NCBI GenBank assembly: GCA_030704615.1
Contig: CM060734.1
Location: forward strand, 48,050,001-48,114,000
Source of the DNA: Takakia lepidozioides
Taxonomy: Eukaryota > Plantae > Bryophyta
Length of the DNA stretch: 64,000 nucleotides
Direction: 5' to 3'
Shown here: positions 27,651 to 41,734 of the stretch, in pieces
Numbering within the stretch: the stretch's first letter is position 1
Layout of the letters: each line of letters opens with the position of its first letter
Made by a program: the position numbers and the translations under genes
Notes under the pieces: model-generated
Told to the model about the DNA's origin: nothing
Database searches by the model: none
Seen by the model: only the letters and a program-made list of their open reading frames with translations

Positions 27651-29125
27651 TTTAATGTGTTTAATGGTCTTCTTAAACTATTTCTCGAAATCTAGGGGGC
27701 ACGTTAAACTCAAGTATGATGCAAGAGATAATTAATGGATACCTACATACAAACATCTGTTTCCCCCCCCCCCCCCCTCCCCCCAAACCTGATAGCCCAC
27801 CTGATAAACCAGTAATAGACGACACGTGTCCTAGATATTTATCAAGACACTATTGATAGTTGTAAAAAAAATAAAATCACACCCTATATTAATTAAAAAT
27901 TTGAAACCAGGATTTATCGGTACCCATATTTATTTGTAAATATTTTATAAATTTTATCTACCAAGAATATATTGTACCATATACATTTTTTGCACGTATC
28001 TTCGGAATATTTGGAAGTGGCCTGCTAGAGTGTAACCCTAATGGATGTAACCCTAATGAAAATGCAGAATTTCATCTATATTGGATGAAATCGCGGGATG
28101 GCTTACCTTATCGTCTCTCTGCCCTAAACATAGCACGATACTCGTGCTTGTCTTTTCTTTGGGGGAGGGCGATGGCAGCCAAGTACTGGAGCAGCACGAT
28201 TTTTGTGCATTTTGCATGTTTGGGATGCATGTTGGCGGCTGGTAGCTTCAAATCCCGCGCTGGCAATCGACCTCCAGCTGTGATGGCCTATAATCGCCTT
28301 CAGTGAAGAAGCAATGATGCGCTTATGAAGATTGGTGAAGTATCATGCACTTTATCTTGAGTTCTCCCATTCTATTAAGCTCTGTAGAAGGAAGCTGAAC
28401 ACCATGACGACTGGAGTTGAACGTCCTATTCCACAAATGTTTGAAATTATTTTGTAGTTTTTCATTTCTGATTTACCTGTGATCACCATGTTTGCTTTAG
28501 ATTGCATGTTGGATATCGATAGCAAGTGTGAAGACTGCTACTCACCTCGCGCATCCTCACTAACACACATTTTGTTGAATGTGTTGGTTTTTGGGATGGG
28601 CACAGGTGAGGATCGTCACTTAACATGTTTTTTGAAGCTTACATGTGATCTAGTATTTGCAGAAGACGCGGATGCTACTACACGCTGTTTCACGAGGGTT
28701 TTGAATCACTTTCAACATCTGATTTTAGGTTTTTGCAACTGCTGCTACAAACCGTTTCAACACGAGATTTGAATCATCTCAAACTCTACTCATTAATCTC
28801 TTGGTTTTTGCAACCAACTTGTGTTTATTGGCAGTAGAATCAGGTGAGGAGCTTTTTAGAATACATACATTCTTTAAAAACTTCTGGGATACAGTAAAAG
28901 CATTCGGCTAAGGTGCTGGGATACCATACCCAGATCTATTTTTGTGCATTGAAGTTGGAATGATTTTGGTTATAGTGCTTTGGGTTAAAGATTATTAAGC
29001 AAAACACCCATCTCCAGATGTGGAATTCTCTACTGAAGCTTAAAACATGCCTACGTAAGCTGTTTTAACCTTGATAAGTTCCAAGCAGTACTTTTTGAAC
29101 ATAACTATCGAGTTTAGGGTCTTTA

Positions 29126-29270
29126 ATGATGGGAAAAGAGGTGAAGTGCAACCACATCATGTTTGTGTGCAAAGCTGGATTTGTATGTGATGTTATTCTG
29201 AACACTGCTCTCGTGGACCTGTATGCAAAATGCGGCAGCATGAAGGTTACAAATGGAGTGTTTGACATTA
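29126..29270 (+). pseudogene. Isolated PPR fragment
   Basis: KAGFVCDVILNTALVDLYAKCGSMKVTNGVFD, homologous to the repeats of the 14.5-17.5 kb gene, with an internal deletion. Confidence 0.75.
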
Positions 29271-29699
29271 TTGCATATCCGATTGGTGTTGTATTAGGTT
29301 TCTTGGGTGAAAGGGACCTAGGCAGAGCTTTTGGTTATTCGACACACCAGTCTTTGGCTTCTAGTTCAGCAAAAGTGGAACCTGAGGACAAAATCCACCA
29401 TCCCATCACAGATGTTGTATTGAATCTGCATCCAGTAAAATCTAATTGAACTATATTGTCTCATCATTGTACCGTCTCTTCTTGAGGGTCACATGTCTTG
29501 TGTACATGATTGTTAATATACCAGACTCTCACTTTCTATTTTCATTGGCGGCTCCTTATATACACCCTTAACTTGTGATCATACTCCTTCTCCCTATCTC
29601 CGGGCAAATGGGTTGAACTGTAGTTTCATTGTTGCTCTTGTACATTGGGTCTGTGCTAAATTCAAACTACAATTTGAGTGTAAAGCAGATCTGAGTTTT

Positions 29700-30195
29700 T
29701 TTTTCAATGTGGAGACATCAACATTAAGTGCAGAAAAGTGACAGAGAATTCATTCATGGCACTGTCCTGGCATATTGGGCTCATTTTGCAGTCTGACATC
29801 AAACAAATTTGTCAAGCCCCCAACAGAACACATGAAGAGATTACCACTGAAACGGAAGGACCTTTATACCAGTGCACTCTACATTTCAACTGGGACGTGT
29901 TTCACCACCATCTCATCCTCTTTGGAGCTCCCCTGCATTGTGCGATTACTACTGTTCAGAGCTCTGTCCTAAAGCCAGTTGACTACTCTGTCCCCTCATC
30001 TGGTCACTATGGGTCATAACAATTCTGTATGAGATGGCGCTGGATGTGACGTACAGGATGCCAAACTCCGTGTTTGCAGAGCTTGCAAGGACACCGAGCC
30101 TTCTGCGTCATGCCCTGTACAGTGTAGGTGGCCTCGCTGTCTCCATTCCAAAAAGCTAAGTCAAACAGAGTGCTAAGTACTCTCCTGAAATACAA
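29700..30195 (-). mobile_element. CACTA transposase N-terminal relic (transposase-associated domain)
   Basis: ARCPCKLCKHGVWHPVRHIQRHLIQNCYDP fits the CPC..C...HL...G.DP pattern. Downstream broken frames give YKGPSVSVVISSCVLL. Short TTCATCC repeats lie at 30270-30540. Confidence 0.7.
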
Positions 30196-32668
30196 TCATA
30201 CTATAGAGGTATGCTCTTCCACAATGCCAAAGGGCGTGACGGAGCATAAGGCATCATGCCAAGGCCTTTGCATTTTCATATTCATACATTCATCCGATAG
30301 CTAGCGTTTTCATTTTCATTCATTCATACGTTCATCCAATAGTTGCCAGCAAGGCATTTGATTTATCTTCATTCATACGTTCATCCAGTGCACAAAAATT
30401 ATATTTCATACGTTCATCTAATAGCTGCCAACAAGACGTTTGTTTATCATTCGTTCAGATAGTTCAGTTATTTTGTTTCACTAACCTTTCATACATTCAT
30501 CCAATAGCTGTCAACAAGGCGTTTGTTTATCATTCGTTCAGATAATTCAGTTGTTTTGTTTCACTAACCTTAACCAGCACATAATTAGTTTACTATTAAT
30601 GAGCTGGGTCAGTGAAAAAGTAATTAAGTTGTTTTACTTCTTATTATCCACATATGTATATTGCTGTATGATTTATATATTGTGATTACACGTGCCATTG
30701 CTTAACTGATTGTCTCAGTCAGCTCATTTTAGGTAGTCGAAGTCTCTCACTATAGTCAAAATTTTCGCGGTTGTCTAGCACCTCAAATATTTTAATATAA
30801 GCTTTGACTGCAAAATGGTTCGAAATCACATAGGGTGTGTTGTAGTGTTTGGGCTCAAAACAGTCTTACTTACACTGTTACCAAGCAGTTTTTCTTGCTA
30901 GACTTTCAGATTACATATTATCTACTATAAGTTTACCAAGCAATGTCTTTGGAACCACCCACTGAGTTTAAAACAGGTCTGGTTATACTGTTTGAACTTG
31001 AAAAGTACCAAGTAGTACTTCTAGACATATGCAGTGATTTTAAGACAAGACCTTTGCATATTATTTTGACCTGGAAGAATACCAAACAGTTGTCTTGTTG
31101 GGTCTTTTCAAAGTACATATTGTCTGATTTAATCTATCAAACAAGGCTTTTTGGAATACCCTTTGAGCTGGTAATGTCTACATTGTAATTCTGATTATGT
31201 TAACTATAACATTCTTGCTCTGATTGATTTCTAGTAAGATGTTGGAACGCCAACTCCAGACCTTTATCTGTCCGTGGAATATAGACATGGCTTGCTATCT
31301 GGTTTAATTTATCAAGCTGGACTTTAGGAATTGCAATACCTGCAGCTCATATTTAAAGGCTAAAATTTTCCTACTGATGATATGAACCAAGGATGATGAT
31401 TGTCCTGGGTATAGAACAAGACCATTCAATGATGAATGAAATCAAAATCCAGGGTGATGATTGTCTTGGAAATCCCACCCTCCCACCTTAACTTTTCATG
31501 TACGTCAGGAACGTAACATGATTTTTTATCAAGTAAGATATGGGAGGTGAAGTTAAATAGTGCATTGTCATTATGTTAATTTGTCTTTATTTGACAATGA
31601 CATTACCTGTCTTGTCTATGTCTTGACAAGACATATGTATCTTCCATCTCTTCTTTGCCCAGTGTACTTAGTGGTTTCTGTACACACTATCTACCTCTCA
31701 CCTGTCAGTGGTATAGATTGCCTGCACTAGAGGGTCATTTGTTTTTGTTAATGAGGACTTGGACTTTAATGGCTTTGGCAGAAGTCTTGCAAAGCCATGG
31801 GGTATCAACCGCCTACACCTCCATGCCAGTGGTGTGGAGCTATAAGTCATTCATAAGGTATGATCTTCTCCAGCAAAAATTTATTGGTGAATTGGGCTAG
31901 GAGAGAAATGCATCACTGATGGTACCTAAGATAAACACATAGCATATAAAAGATTTCTGCATACTGATATTATGAGCTAGGCCCTGGTAAAAGAGCGCCC
32001 TGCTGGAGTATATGTGTACACCTTCTACATGATCCGGTCAATGCACATCATTGTTGTTAGCTAGTCTCCTGTACCTGATGCCTTATGTCAAGTTTTAGAT
32101 ACTCTTTGGCTCGTGTGCTTTCATACCTCTCTTACATGTGGCCTTGCTCTGTATAGCACCACCAAGTAAATGCCCAAATGTAATATGGTATGTTCTTATT
32201 TGGGAAAATTAGTTTTAAAACCAGAAAATTGGTTGATAGGGTGTAAAGATGGGTAGCATATTGCTACCAAGGTTCTGACTCATATCTTTTGGAAGCATGA
32301 CTTTAAAATCAGGAAACTGGCTGGTATCCTAAATCCTGATAAGGTCTCTCGAAAACAATTCTTTCCCTGATCTTTTTGTCCCTTTGCAAGAGCTTGCTGG
32401 AAAACTACAAGGTGATTCCTAAACTCATACCTGTCTAACTTCATGAATGCTTTGTCATAAGTTTCTCTCTCCCTCGCTCGGTCTATCCGCAACAGCGAGG
32501 GGGGTTTATTTATTTATTTCTATTTTGGTTTGTTTTCTGTTTTTGCTGTTTTTTTTTGCAAGCCCTCTCTTCTCCCTCTCTCTCTCCCTCTCTCTCTCCC
32601 TCTCTCTCTTGATCCATGCGCGACTACTCGGTGAGACTGCAGCTTGCAACTCGAGCTCGCAGCAGCAG

Positions 32669-32705
<37 letters not shown>

Positions 32706-33785
32706 TCTCTTTCTCTCCTCTCTCTTTCTCGTCTTTCTCTCCATCGTTCTGTCTACCCGCTGTAGGTATAAGGCAGGTGATACATCATTCGGACAAAGAT
32801 GCTGGTCGGAATAGGCATGTCGGCTCGACAAGAGAGATGAATATGGATGAAGTGGGAATGTGCAACGATCATCCAACATAATTCATTAAAGTGATGCCAT
32901 GGATGAATGGATGGGGGTAGTGGAAATTTCATTCGTTGAGGATTCGTTGAGTTTTAAGGGAAATGAAAGGATGTAGGCACTGAATGGATAAATTGTCATA
33001 CTTCATCCACGGAGTTATAGCTGCTTGCTGGATGAATTAAGGGTAGGTTAAAAGTGATTTTGTCTTATGTTGGCTAGATGAAAGGGGGATAACACCCGCA
33101 GGCTGGCCAAATCAGTTTTTAGTAAGGGATCACATGGCACCATGGGATGCATTAAGGGCTGCTAGCTGACTCCCCGGAGGAGGGGAGGTGGCTAGGTAGG
33201 ATTTAGGCTGGGATGGTGAGAGAGATAGTACTTTTGACATTGGAGCTTTTGGGGAGCGCGAGGTCTCTTGAAGAGATGGATGCAACATGATATGGAGCAA
33301 AGTAGAGTGGGCATTTGTGATCAGACTCAATTGGTACTTGGAACTAGTGTGGAATGATGAGTGTGTTCAACCATAGAATAGAATCAAAATTTAGCAATGC
33401 ATGAAAGATAGAAATCTTGCTTATTTGATGGTTGGAATGATAGCATAGTGCAGAACTTGAGTTAGACATGGCAATGACAACCAAGATCTTTGAGAGCACT
33501 TAGTCAGCCTGAAGGTTAGTCCAAGCAATATCCAAGTGCATAATAGATCAATTGAGCCATATAGATAGTAAGGGATCAGATTGTTGTAGTGTCACTGCCC
33601 ATATGGGTGGATAGTAGTTCTTCCAAACTAAATTATGTGGGATAGCACACAGAAAACAGGAGTGCTAGAGTAGAGATATCCCAAGGAGAATGATGTTGTC
33701 TTCTCTTCCGCTGCGGCAACATTCTATCCAACGGGTGTCAAAGGGTAAGACAACGTAGAGTAAACCTTTAGGTAGGCATTTCTTT

Positions 33786-33795
33786 TGGTATCAGA
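33786..33795 (+). promoter_or_regulatory. Primer-binding site complementary to initiator tRNA-Met
   Basis: TGGTATCAGA lies a few nt after a CA and upstream of the gag ORF. Confidence 0.65.
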
Positions 33796-35814
33796 ACGTT
33801 CTTTCATGATGAACAAGTTTAGATAGAATAGAATAGCAGGTTTGAAGATAGCAATGAACACCTAGAGATGTCAGTAAGAGAGCAGGCTCTCATTCCAGAG
33901 TAGCCTGGTATAGGGGACATATTGGTATGTTTAAGCCAGAGAAGTACCAACAACTCAAGAGAACCTAGACTCTATTTTTATAATCCAGCTTGGAGACTCT
34001 ACAATGGAGATTTATGCATAAGAGTCATACAAACAAGAATGGCAAAGTATCAAGGAATACAAGAAGCAATTGATAACATGGCTGGCTGAAATGTGTTGGA
34101 TACCTTCGCTCATGAGAGACCCATATTGTCTTTCATAAATTGTTCGATTTGGGTTGTAAACGATGGTATTCCAAGACGAGTTGGACATTCCTTTCTATAG
34201 GAGAAGGGAAGAGGATGTGTATGAGTGGTTGACTAGCCTACAAGAGGTCGACGTATCTAAATGTTTTTCCGAAGACAGACTTTGGAAATTGGCCCGACTG
34301 AATCGCAAATCAAGCGCAGATGTGTGGTACATGCGACAGAAACCAAAACCTCAGGGTTGGAGGGATTTCTATGAGGCCATTGTTTTGAAGTATGGAAGGG
34401 GAGTTATGCCAATATTGAAAAGAGGCAATTTGGACGAAGAACTATTCACTGCACAAAATGGCTGATCAGATCTGCAAGTGAGCAGCTGACATCAGAAGGG
34501 CAATTTGCAAAGATGTTCAATGAGAGGTCAACATCTGTGCATCTTCAAGCTATCGAGGCACAAGTACTACATAACACATCATTTAGTAACTCTGGAGTGG
34601 GACGACAATTAGGTGAGTCAGCAGAAACCAAATTACCTACAGAGGTGATACCGGTTGCAAACTTGATCAGAAAATTGGAGACAGCATCGTGACCTGTCGA
34701 GGGAGTGAAACCCAAGACCAAAGTGAGGAAGATCACTGGCTGGGACTCCAGACAGAAGCATGCGGAATACAACAATCCAAATGTGAGATGTATGAACACG
34801 GTAGCCCAAGGTACTCTAGCAAGCTGTTGACGCCAACAAAAACTTTTGTCTCAGGCAAGGAGTTGACAACTAGTGTGTTTTGTGAGGGTGATGCTGATGA
34901 GACCTCCAAGGATGTGACAACAGGGATGCAAGTGAAAGAGACGCCTTTATACCATGCACAAAGAGAGGAGGAGAAACCTAAGAAGTGATGGCAACAAGTG
35001 AGCAACCTAACCATAGGAGCTGAGGAGTGGTTGCATGCTCCAGTTGGTCACAATGGTGCAATCAGTAAGCAAGCTGATTCAATTGAACACCTTGCAAACC
35101 CAACAACCAAGAGCAAAGTAGAAGATGACTTACCCAAAAATGACGGGAATGCAAGTGACGTGGAGGACGCGCAGCGAAATGGCAGGTTGCTTATGCCCTT
35201 GCATGATCCGGGCAGCGGAGGTGAGTCTGACTTGCTGCCACCTGTTGGTCACATACCTACTGCGGAAGATGAGAGGGTAAAATCAGAAGCTAGGGGACAT
35301 GAGGCCTGGCAGGATGCAACATTGCGAAGGTTAAGAGATGCATCAAAATGGCAGGTGGAGATGGTGGTGGAGATGTCACTGGAGTTGATGCCAACAAGCA
35401 CCCAACTTCAGATCAAGAATCAGCAAGTTGCAATGACAAAAGGGGAAACATGGGAGTGGGGAGTGCCTTGAAGGACTCCAATGAATGCAGCACCAATCAG
35501 AGCAATGCCAGAAGAAAAGGGGTGAGGTTTCGTCTTTTTCCAGAGGTAAATGATGCAAAAGAAGGTGACATACATAATAAACTGAAAGGGAAAGAGAGTG
35601 ATGAGGCTGAAGTAAGGGGAGGATGCATGGGAGATGTTAGACCCATCTGTCAAGAGGCTAGGGATAGACTGCAGGCCTGCCAAAAACAGCCCATGGATAC
35701 CAACAGTGTCACTGACATTACGACAAGAGATGAATGCATAGGTGGTGATAACTACCCAGAGGAAGTGTCACACCTATCTTGCAGGGATGTAGACATTGAT
35801 CATAATTAGAACAT

Positions 35815-36155
35815 AAGCATGAAAGATACACGTGAAGTGTTCGACAAGATGACTGAACCAGATGCGGTTTCATGGACCAAAAGGATCACAGCATATGCTC
35901 ACCATGGCTATGGAGTAAAGGTTTGGGAGCTTTATGAGCAGGCAGAAGAGATGGATAAACATCAGAAAGTTACACCTACGGGCAGTGACTTGCCATTCAC
36001 TGGCATGGTGCAAACAAGAGCTGAAAAGAGAGGGGCACTTGAACAACACCACAATGTTGTACTTAATCCAGAGATAACACCTGCACTGCAAGGCTCAGGT
36101 GGTGTCAAAGGTGGTGGCAAGATGAAAGGAGTGTTTGACAATATGGCAAAACGAA
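35815..36155 (+). pseudogene. PPR motif fragments embedded downstream of gag
   Basis: SMKDTREVFDKMTEPDAVSWTKRITAYAHHGYGVKVWELYEQ (35815-35945) and KGVFDNMAKR (36125-36155). Confidence 0.75.
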
Positions 36156-36156
36156 T

Positions 36157-36537
36157 CAAGATAGGGGAGAATCTTGTCTGCTGTGAGAGGTCATGTCCAA
36201 TTAGATGCCCCAAAAGCTTACAAGACTCCCCTGGTCCCAGCCACCGAAGACCCGTATCAACACCCCAAGCGGGTAGCTGAGCCACATCTAAGTTATTGAG
36301 CTTAGAAATCATTCCAACCGACTTAGGCTAGTTAACTTTGAATCCCGAAGCTAAACAAAACCATTCCAAAGCGTTCAAAGCAGCCTCTATATTCAGATAA
36401 TTGTCATTCCGTAGGTAAAACACAGTATCATCAGCATACATGGAGAGGGTTAGATTAAAGGGTTTGGAGGAAATAAACGTGGGTATTTGAAGACCCAGAA
36501 TGTGTGGCTGCGCATCCATGAGGTGTCCCAGACAATG
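36157..36537 (-). mobile_element. LINE (L1-like) reverse transcriptase fragment, cut by element A
   Basis: HCLGHLMD..ILGLQIP..SMYADDTVFYL..LEWFCLASGFKVN*PKS..GESCKLLGHLIG, including the YADD motif. Homology stops exactly at the element A terminus. Confidence 0.85.
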
Positions 36538-37398
36538 GGGAATGCTTGCGCGTGAGCCTGGCCGCGTGAGCCTGTGAGCCTGTGAGCCTGTGAGCCTGGC
36601 TAGGCTCACGCCACGTCAGCAAGCTTCCACGTGTTCAGGCCGTAATTCCGTGCTTACCCCCCCTATTACCGCGGATCAGCTGTCGCCTATGTCCTAATTT
36701 TTTATCCCTCTTCAAGGCCCCCACATGAATATTCTTTGTGGCCGAGAACAATGGCAGGTTTGCGGATGAATTATGATTGAGGTCATGACTTTGGAATGAG
36801 GAGATCGTCCACTAGAGAACTGAATATTAAAAGCAAACATTTTTTTTGGGCAAAGCAGTACATTCATTCCAACACACAATCATTTTTCAATTCCGCAATC
36901 CGAAGACCTATTTTAGGCAATCCCCAACTGTACTTACGGGAACGCGCAAAGAACTTGAAAAACAGTTTGGAGATGGAAGCAAAACCAAAATTCAATTTAT
37001 TGAGCCTCGGTACTTGAACCTAAAGAAATATTGGAGGTTTCAGAGGAACCACTTCCAGAGTGAACAACAATATCATCTATGAATACAGCAGCACATCCAT
37101 GACGTTTTTTTTTCCTCGACCTTCATGGAGATGCGAGTACAGTGTTTGTTCGGATAATACCCTGCGCAAGCTTCCGCGTAAACCGGCAAGCGGTTGGATC
37201 TAGGGGGGCTCGGGGACATGTAGTATCCTTGGAAACCGAAAGGCGTCTGCTGATTCGATGACTGGTGCTGAACTCTGCAAAGCAAGAAGAGGAATGGTGG
37301 TATAAGTTACCATCCAGATATAGACAACGAAAGCCACTATTTCTCGAATGGGAACGACACAAGGAAATGCAACATATTTTGCACGAGTACACAAGAAC

Positions 37399-40300
37399 TT
37401 ACTCACACTCAAAATCGGAGTCCACGTCCAGATCCTCGTCAGGCGCTTCGTGCTCCTCCAGAAGTCCCTCTGTGGATGGGGCAGAAGTAGTGCCCGACTC
37501 AAGCTGACGAAGCTCGCTTGAGAAGAGCTCCGTATCAGCTTCCATGCCGAAGAAGTGCCTTCCGGCGCTCTTGCAAGCATGAAAACATGCTCCTGCAAAT
37601 CCAAGAAGAACGAGAAATAAAAACCCGGTTTCCCTAAGGTCACTGCCCATATGTCAAACACAATGTGAAGGGCCCCACCCGTGCCCATAGACAAGTCAAC
37701 CACTCGTCCACCATGACGGCTGCATGTCTCCACCAAAGTCTGCATGAAAGCTGGAGATTTCTCCCGTGCACCTCTCCAAGGGACACCATTCGTCCTTTTC
37801 ATAGTCCGACCCGAGTCGACGTAATTGAAGATAACATCATCCTCCACAGGCTCGCAGGTGGGGTCAATGTGAGCTGCAAGGTCCCCTCAACTGAAACTCA
37901 GCAACACCAGCAGGAAGAGTGTCCGTCCGCCTCACCAGGCACAAAGCTTCGAACACTCGTGTCTGTCATTAATCACGAAGACAGAATGAGACAGAAGACA
38001 TAACCCACCATTTTGATTTACCGGAAAACCACGAAACATCAATTGAAAGGAACCATCACTTTCTGCCCCGGGAACTCGCCCTTCGTAAGAGGCAAAGTAT
38101 TGATGCATGTCCAAGTTTTGATGACACGAAACCCGGAAGCTTTCATGTAGCTGAAAAGAGTTCTTCGAGCCGACATGTCCTTTGACTGCATGAGAAAAAG
38201 AGCCCCCGAATCCGAAAGGAACTTGTTGCTGAACGAGAAAGCCCACTGCCAGTAACGAGAATCCGATTTGTTCCAAGTTGGGGTCGAATTGGAAGGAAAC
38301 ACATCAGGGACAGGAAAACCGTCAGGAATGTCCAGCACCACAAGGTCAGTCGCGTATGCCTGTTGAACTCCATTCACCCATTCCGGACTTTTTGTGACCT
38401 ACAGCCAAAAACATGAGACATTGTAAGAAGCCCAATCCAAATCTAACAGGAGATCAATCCCCTGGACAAGCCACAACAAGCTGCCAAACACAATTATTCA
38501 TACAACAGTTTAGACATAAGTTTTCACCTGAGTGAGGAACGAAACAAGCATGTCCCACGATTTCGAGGGCACCCCTTTGAATGTGGACTTCCTCGACTCC
38601 ATCATTGAAAGAAAACTTTCATTCAGCACCTTACGATTGAACTGGCCCAAAACCCTGGAGGGATGTTCTCTCGCCTCAAAAACTTGCTCCCTGGACTTTG
38701 AAGTTCTCCTATCCCTCCTTGCGGGAGAAGGCTATCTTTCAGGAACCTCTGACGGTCCCTGTCCTTGCGGAGCTGCACTTTTCCCCTTCCCCTTCGGATC
38801 CCCGACAACCTTCCCCTTTCGTTTTGGAGTAGCAGTTTTCTCGGGCTCTTTTGCAGCCAGAGCCGAAATGATTATGTCCTGGATGTCTTTCTCAGCCAAT
38901 GGGGCAATCGCTGCGGCATTGTCGTTCAGGTTTCTCAAAACAACTTCATCGAATGGGGTGTCCTGTTTTGGCAGGTCGAGGTACCACCCACAGTCTCGGA
39001 AGTGCGCCCTGCTCTAGTCTTTGGCAATACCAGCCGTGTACATTGTCTTGTCATTGGAGGGGTCAGCCCATGAATAGATGAAGTCTGGGTCATCGCTAAG
39101 GTACTTTCCCGGTATGAGGATATGATACATATACCTGAATCACATACAAAAAACGCAGACAGTCATTCGATCAGAAAACGAAAGAGAACACACATCCGGA
39201 AAAAAATATTGAAATGCAGGAATGCAAAACTGAGAATTCTACTTTTGAAATCCCGAATTAACCTTGCGTTGACGCAATGTTCATTCTAGCAGAAATGGGG
39301 AACACCAAATGATAATGTTGTATTGATAGAGACAACGAATGGAAGCGCAATTCAACATTGCTTCAACGCAAGGTTGTTTTAGGGTTGAGAGGAAATGGAA
39401 AACACTGCATGAAAACTACCATCAGACTATGTACTGGTGCGGATATTCAACATTGCGTTGGCGCAATGTTGAAATCCTCTGTTGAAACACATGTCAATGG
39501 TATCTGATAATCATAAGTTTCCTACAATTGTATTGAAATAGGTAGATGGCTGCGGGAAATTTCCAGCAAACCATACCGCCAAACAACCTTGCGTCAACGC
39601 AAGTCTGTTTGTTGGTACACTTAAAGTTGAAAATAGCATTTCAAACCGACTCAAAACAGACTTATGTTCATCTTGGCAGCATTGGAACTGGATTTGAACT
39701 GCCCAAAACCACAGGAAAAGCTACATAGCCTGACACTTCATCAACCTTGCGTTGACGCAAGGCTGATTTTCCAGTCAGTTTATCCCTTTCACATTCAGAA
39801 AAACGGCATTATGGGATACCCAGGTATAGGTAAGTGAAACCAGGACAATGGGAATCAACCTTGCGTTAACGCAATGTTGCTCGACTGCACATGTAGAGCC
39901 CTCAGAGATATCGCAAAGCACTGCAAATTCGCAATTCTTTATGGAAAGAACAACACAAGATTGCAGAAACATGCCATTCAAGCACCAATTTTGATTCAAG
40001 GAGGTCACACCTGTACAACACTCGCTTCATTGCTTGCTCGCTGTTGTACTGGTTTTTGAATTCGTAAGACCTGGAGATTCCTTTCTCTTTCTCAAACTCC
40101 CTGAAGAAGCAGTTGTTCCAGACAGCGAGCTTCCATCTCCTGATATAGGCCTCCAGTGTGATCCGGGGGGCAAGCCATCTGGATTTTGTAGTCTGCCATC
40201 GACTCAGCAAGTGCAGCCACTGCACGTTTTTCTAACTGCAACAAGAAAGCTCGTAAGAATTTTCAAGAGGTTACGGAGCATCAACAATGTCTGAAAATGG

Positions 40301-41686
40301 TTTGGTTCAAACCTTACCTGGCTCCAGAATGTGGCTTTGTGTAGCCACTGGTCGAATGTGTGGTCGCTAACAACTCTTATTGCTTGTGTCTTCGGGTCCC
40401 TCTCTGGAGTTGGGAACATGTTCGTGTCTCTCACAAGAGGATCCGAATTCCATATCTCCAACCACCTGATTTCGGTTGCATTGTCCACCATTGAAATGGA
40501 AAGGCGATGTAGTTTCTCTTGAGTCATTTCTGGCTTGGAGCCATACTTATCATAGTGTGCTTTCACCTGTTCCAGAAATTCCGTGCCAAGACCTGGGTCT
40601 GCTATCCGGATCTGTTTGTCGAATGCACTCATGAGGTTCTTCCTTTGATTTTTCATCTCGAACTTCATAATGTCCTCAAGCCCAGTTGCAGACCGCTGCT
40701 CTTCTGTGTGGGAATCATAGTACTCTGCTTTCGCCTTCAATCCAGTTTCTGCTATTTCTTGCTGCATACATAACAGGTAAAAAGAATCAAATACTGCAAT
40801 TTCATCACAAAATTTGCAGTATTAACAGGCAAAAGGTGTCAAAAAGCTTACAGTGTACATGTACTCAAGAAAAGCCTCCCTTGTCAAGCTGTACCATGTG
40901 CTTGTCTTCTTCTCAGCACACCTCTTCATCTGCTGAGGACTGAGCACGTTCGTGAATGACTCCAGTGGCATCAGCCATACCTTCTGGATGCGGAATAGAG
41001 TGTGGCACAGATTGGTCGTCACATGAGATGTTTCATTGGACCTGGAAAAACCTTCAACTCATAAGATGATTTCAAATTGTCGAAACAAGTAACAGACACA
41101 AAGTTGGAAACTTACTTGTTTATGTCGTGCATGGCTGTCAAGAGCTGCGTGACACGTCCTTTGTGATCGAGAACCATGGAAACCACGCTCCAGTGCCATT
41201 CGATGTCGTCCGAGTGCAAGCTTGAAATGTAATCCATCCAGGCAAGCAGTCTGTGGTTCCCATCCCAGACAAAAAACATCTTTCCCATGAATGCTTTTGT
41301 GGAGGCCTTTTTGGACAGCTTGAACTCGAACTCCCTGTTTACATCCCGCCAGCATGCATCCCAACCTTGCTCAATGTCCTCTGTTACAAGACACTCCTCT
41401 CCTTTCGTGTTCATAGTGGATACGTAGAACACTGCTGATCCCTTGACATAGCCGTGAACAAAGTCGTTCTTCAACTTCGTTATATCGTTCCTCAAAGCCG
41501 GTCGAACAGCGGGCATGTGTTTCCGCCCGGAACCTCCATCGACAGAATCACCTTCGACGAGTTCACTTTTTGCCCACCAATTATCTCCTCGGCCTTGTCT
41601 TCATAGTTTCCCTCCAATGCATCTTCCTCACCTTCACCTTCTGACGCGGCCAAATCTTCCCCCTCGGATTTCCTTTTTCTTTTCCT
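37399..41686 (-). pseudogene. Multi-exon ParB-like + beta-class amino-DNA-methyltransferase fusion gene, element A copy (5' exon missing)
   Basis: ParB-like FFVWDGNHRLLAW (41112-41516). MTase DLVVLDIPDG..FLSDSGALFL..GF (38039-38377), EKSPAFMQTLVETCSRHGGRVVDLSMGTG and ACKSAGRHFFGMEAD. GT-AG introns match gene B positions. Lesions: TAG at 39014-39016 (Trp in B) and frameshifts near 41520 and 37885. Confidence 0.85.
39259..39880. repeat. Six dispersed 24-bp palindromes CAACCTTGCGT(TG/CA)ACGCAAGGTTG inside an intron of gene A
   Basis: Copies start at 39259, 39353, 39448, 39584, 39742 and 39856, with non-repetitive spacers. Confidence 0.9.
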
Positions 41687-41734
41687 CTGCACAGAATGAA
41701 TTATCTGTGAGTGACAGATTGAGCACCCATGGAT

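Larger units (their letters stand above)
33135..36155 (+). mobile_element. Degenerate LTR retrotransposon 5' part (putative LTR ~33135-33778, PBS, gag) carrying PPR-derived segments
   Basis: Met-tRNA PBS TGGTATCAGA at 33786-33795. Gag-like ORF 34163-34465 (EEDVYEWL..KLARLN..ADVWY..P..WRDFYEAIVLKYG). No pol seen and the LTR limits are approximate. Confidence 0.7.

Noticed and set aside
32447-32881. ORFs with poly-F/poly-K and SL repeats
   Set aside because: They arise from a (CT)n microsatellite and a poly-T tract.
39259-39880. CRISPR-like pattern: palindromic 24-bp repeats with unique spacers
   Set aside because: Spacers are 70-134 bp and irregular, repeats are degenerate and occur in both orientations, the array lies in a spliceosomal intron, and no cas genes are present.
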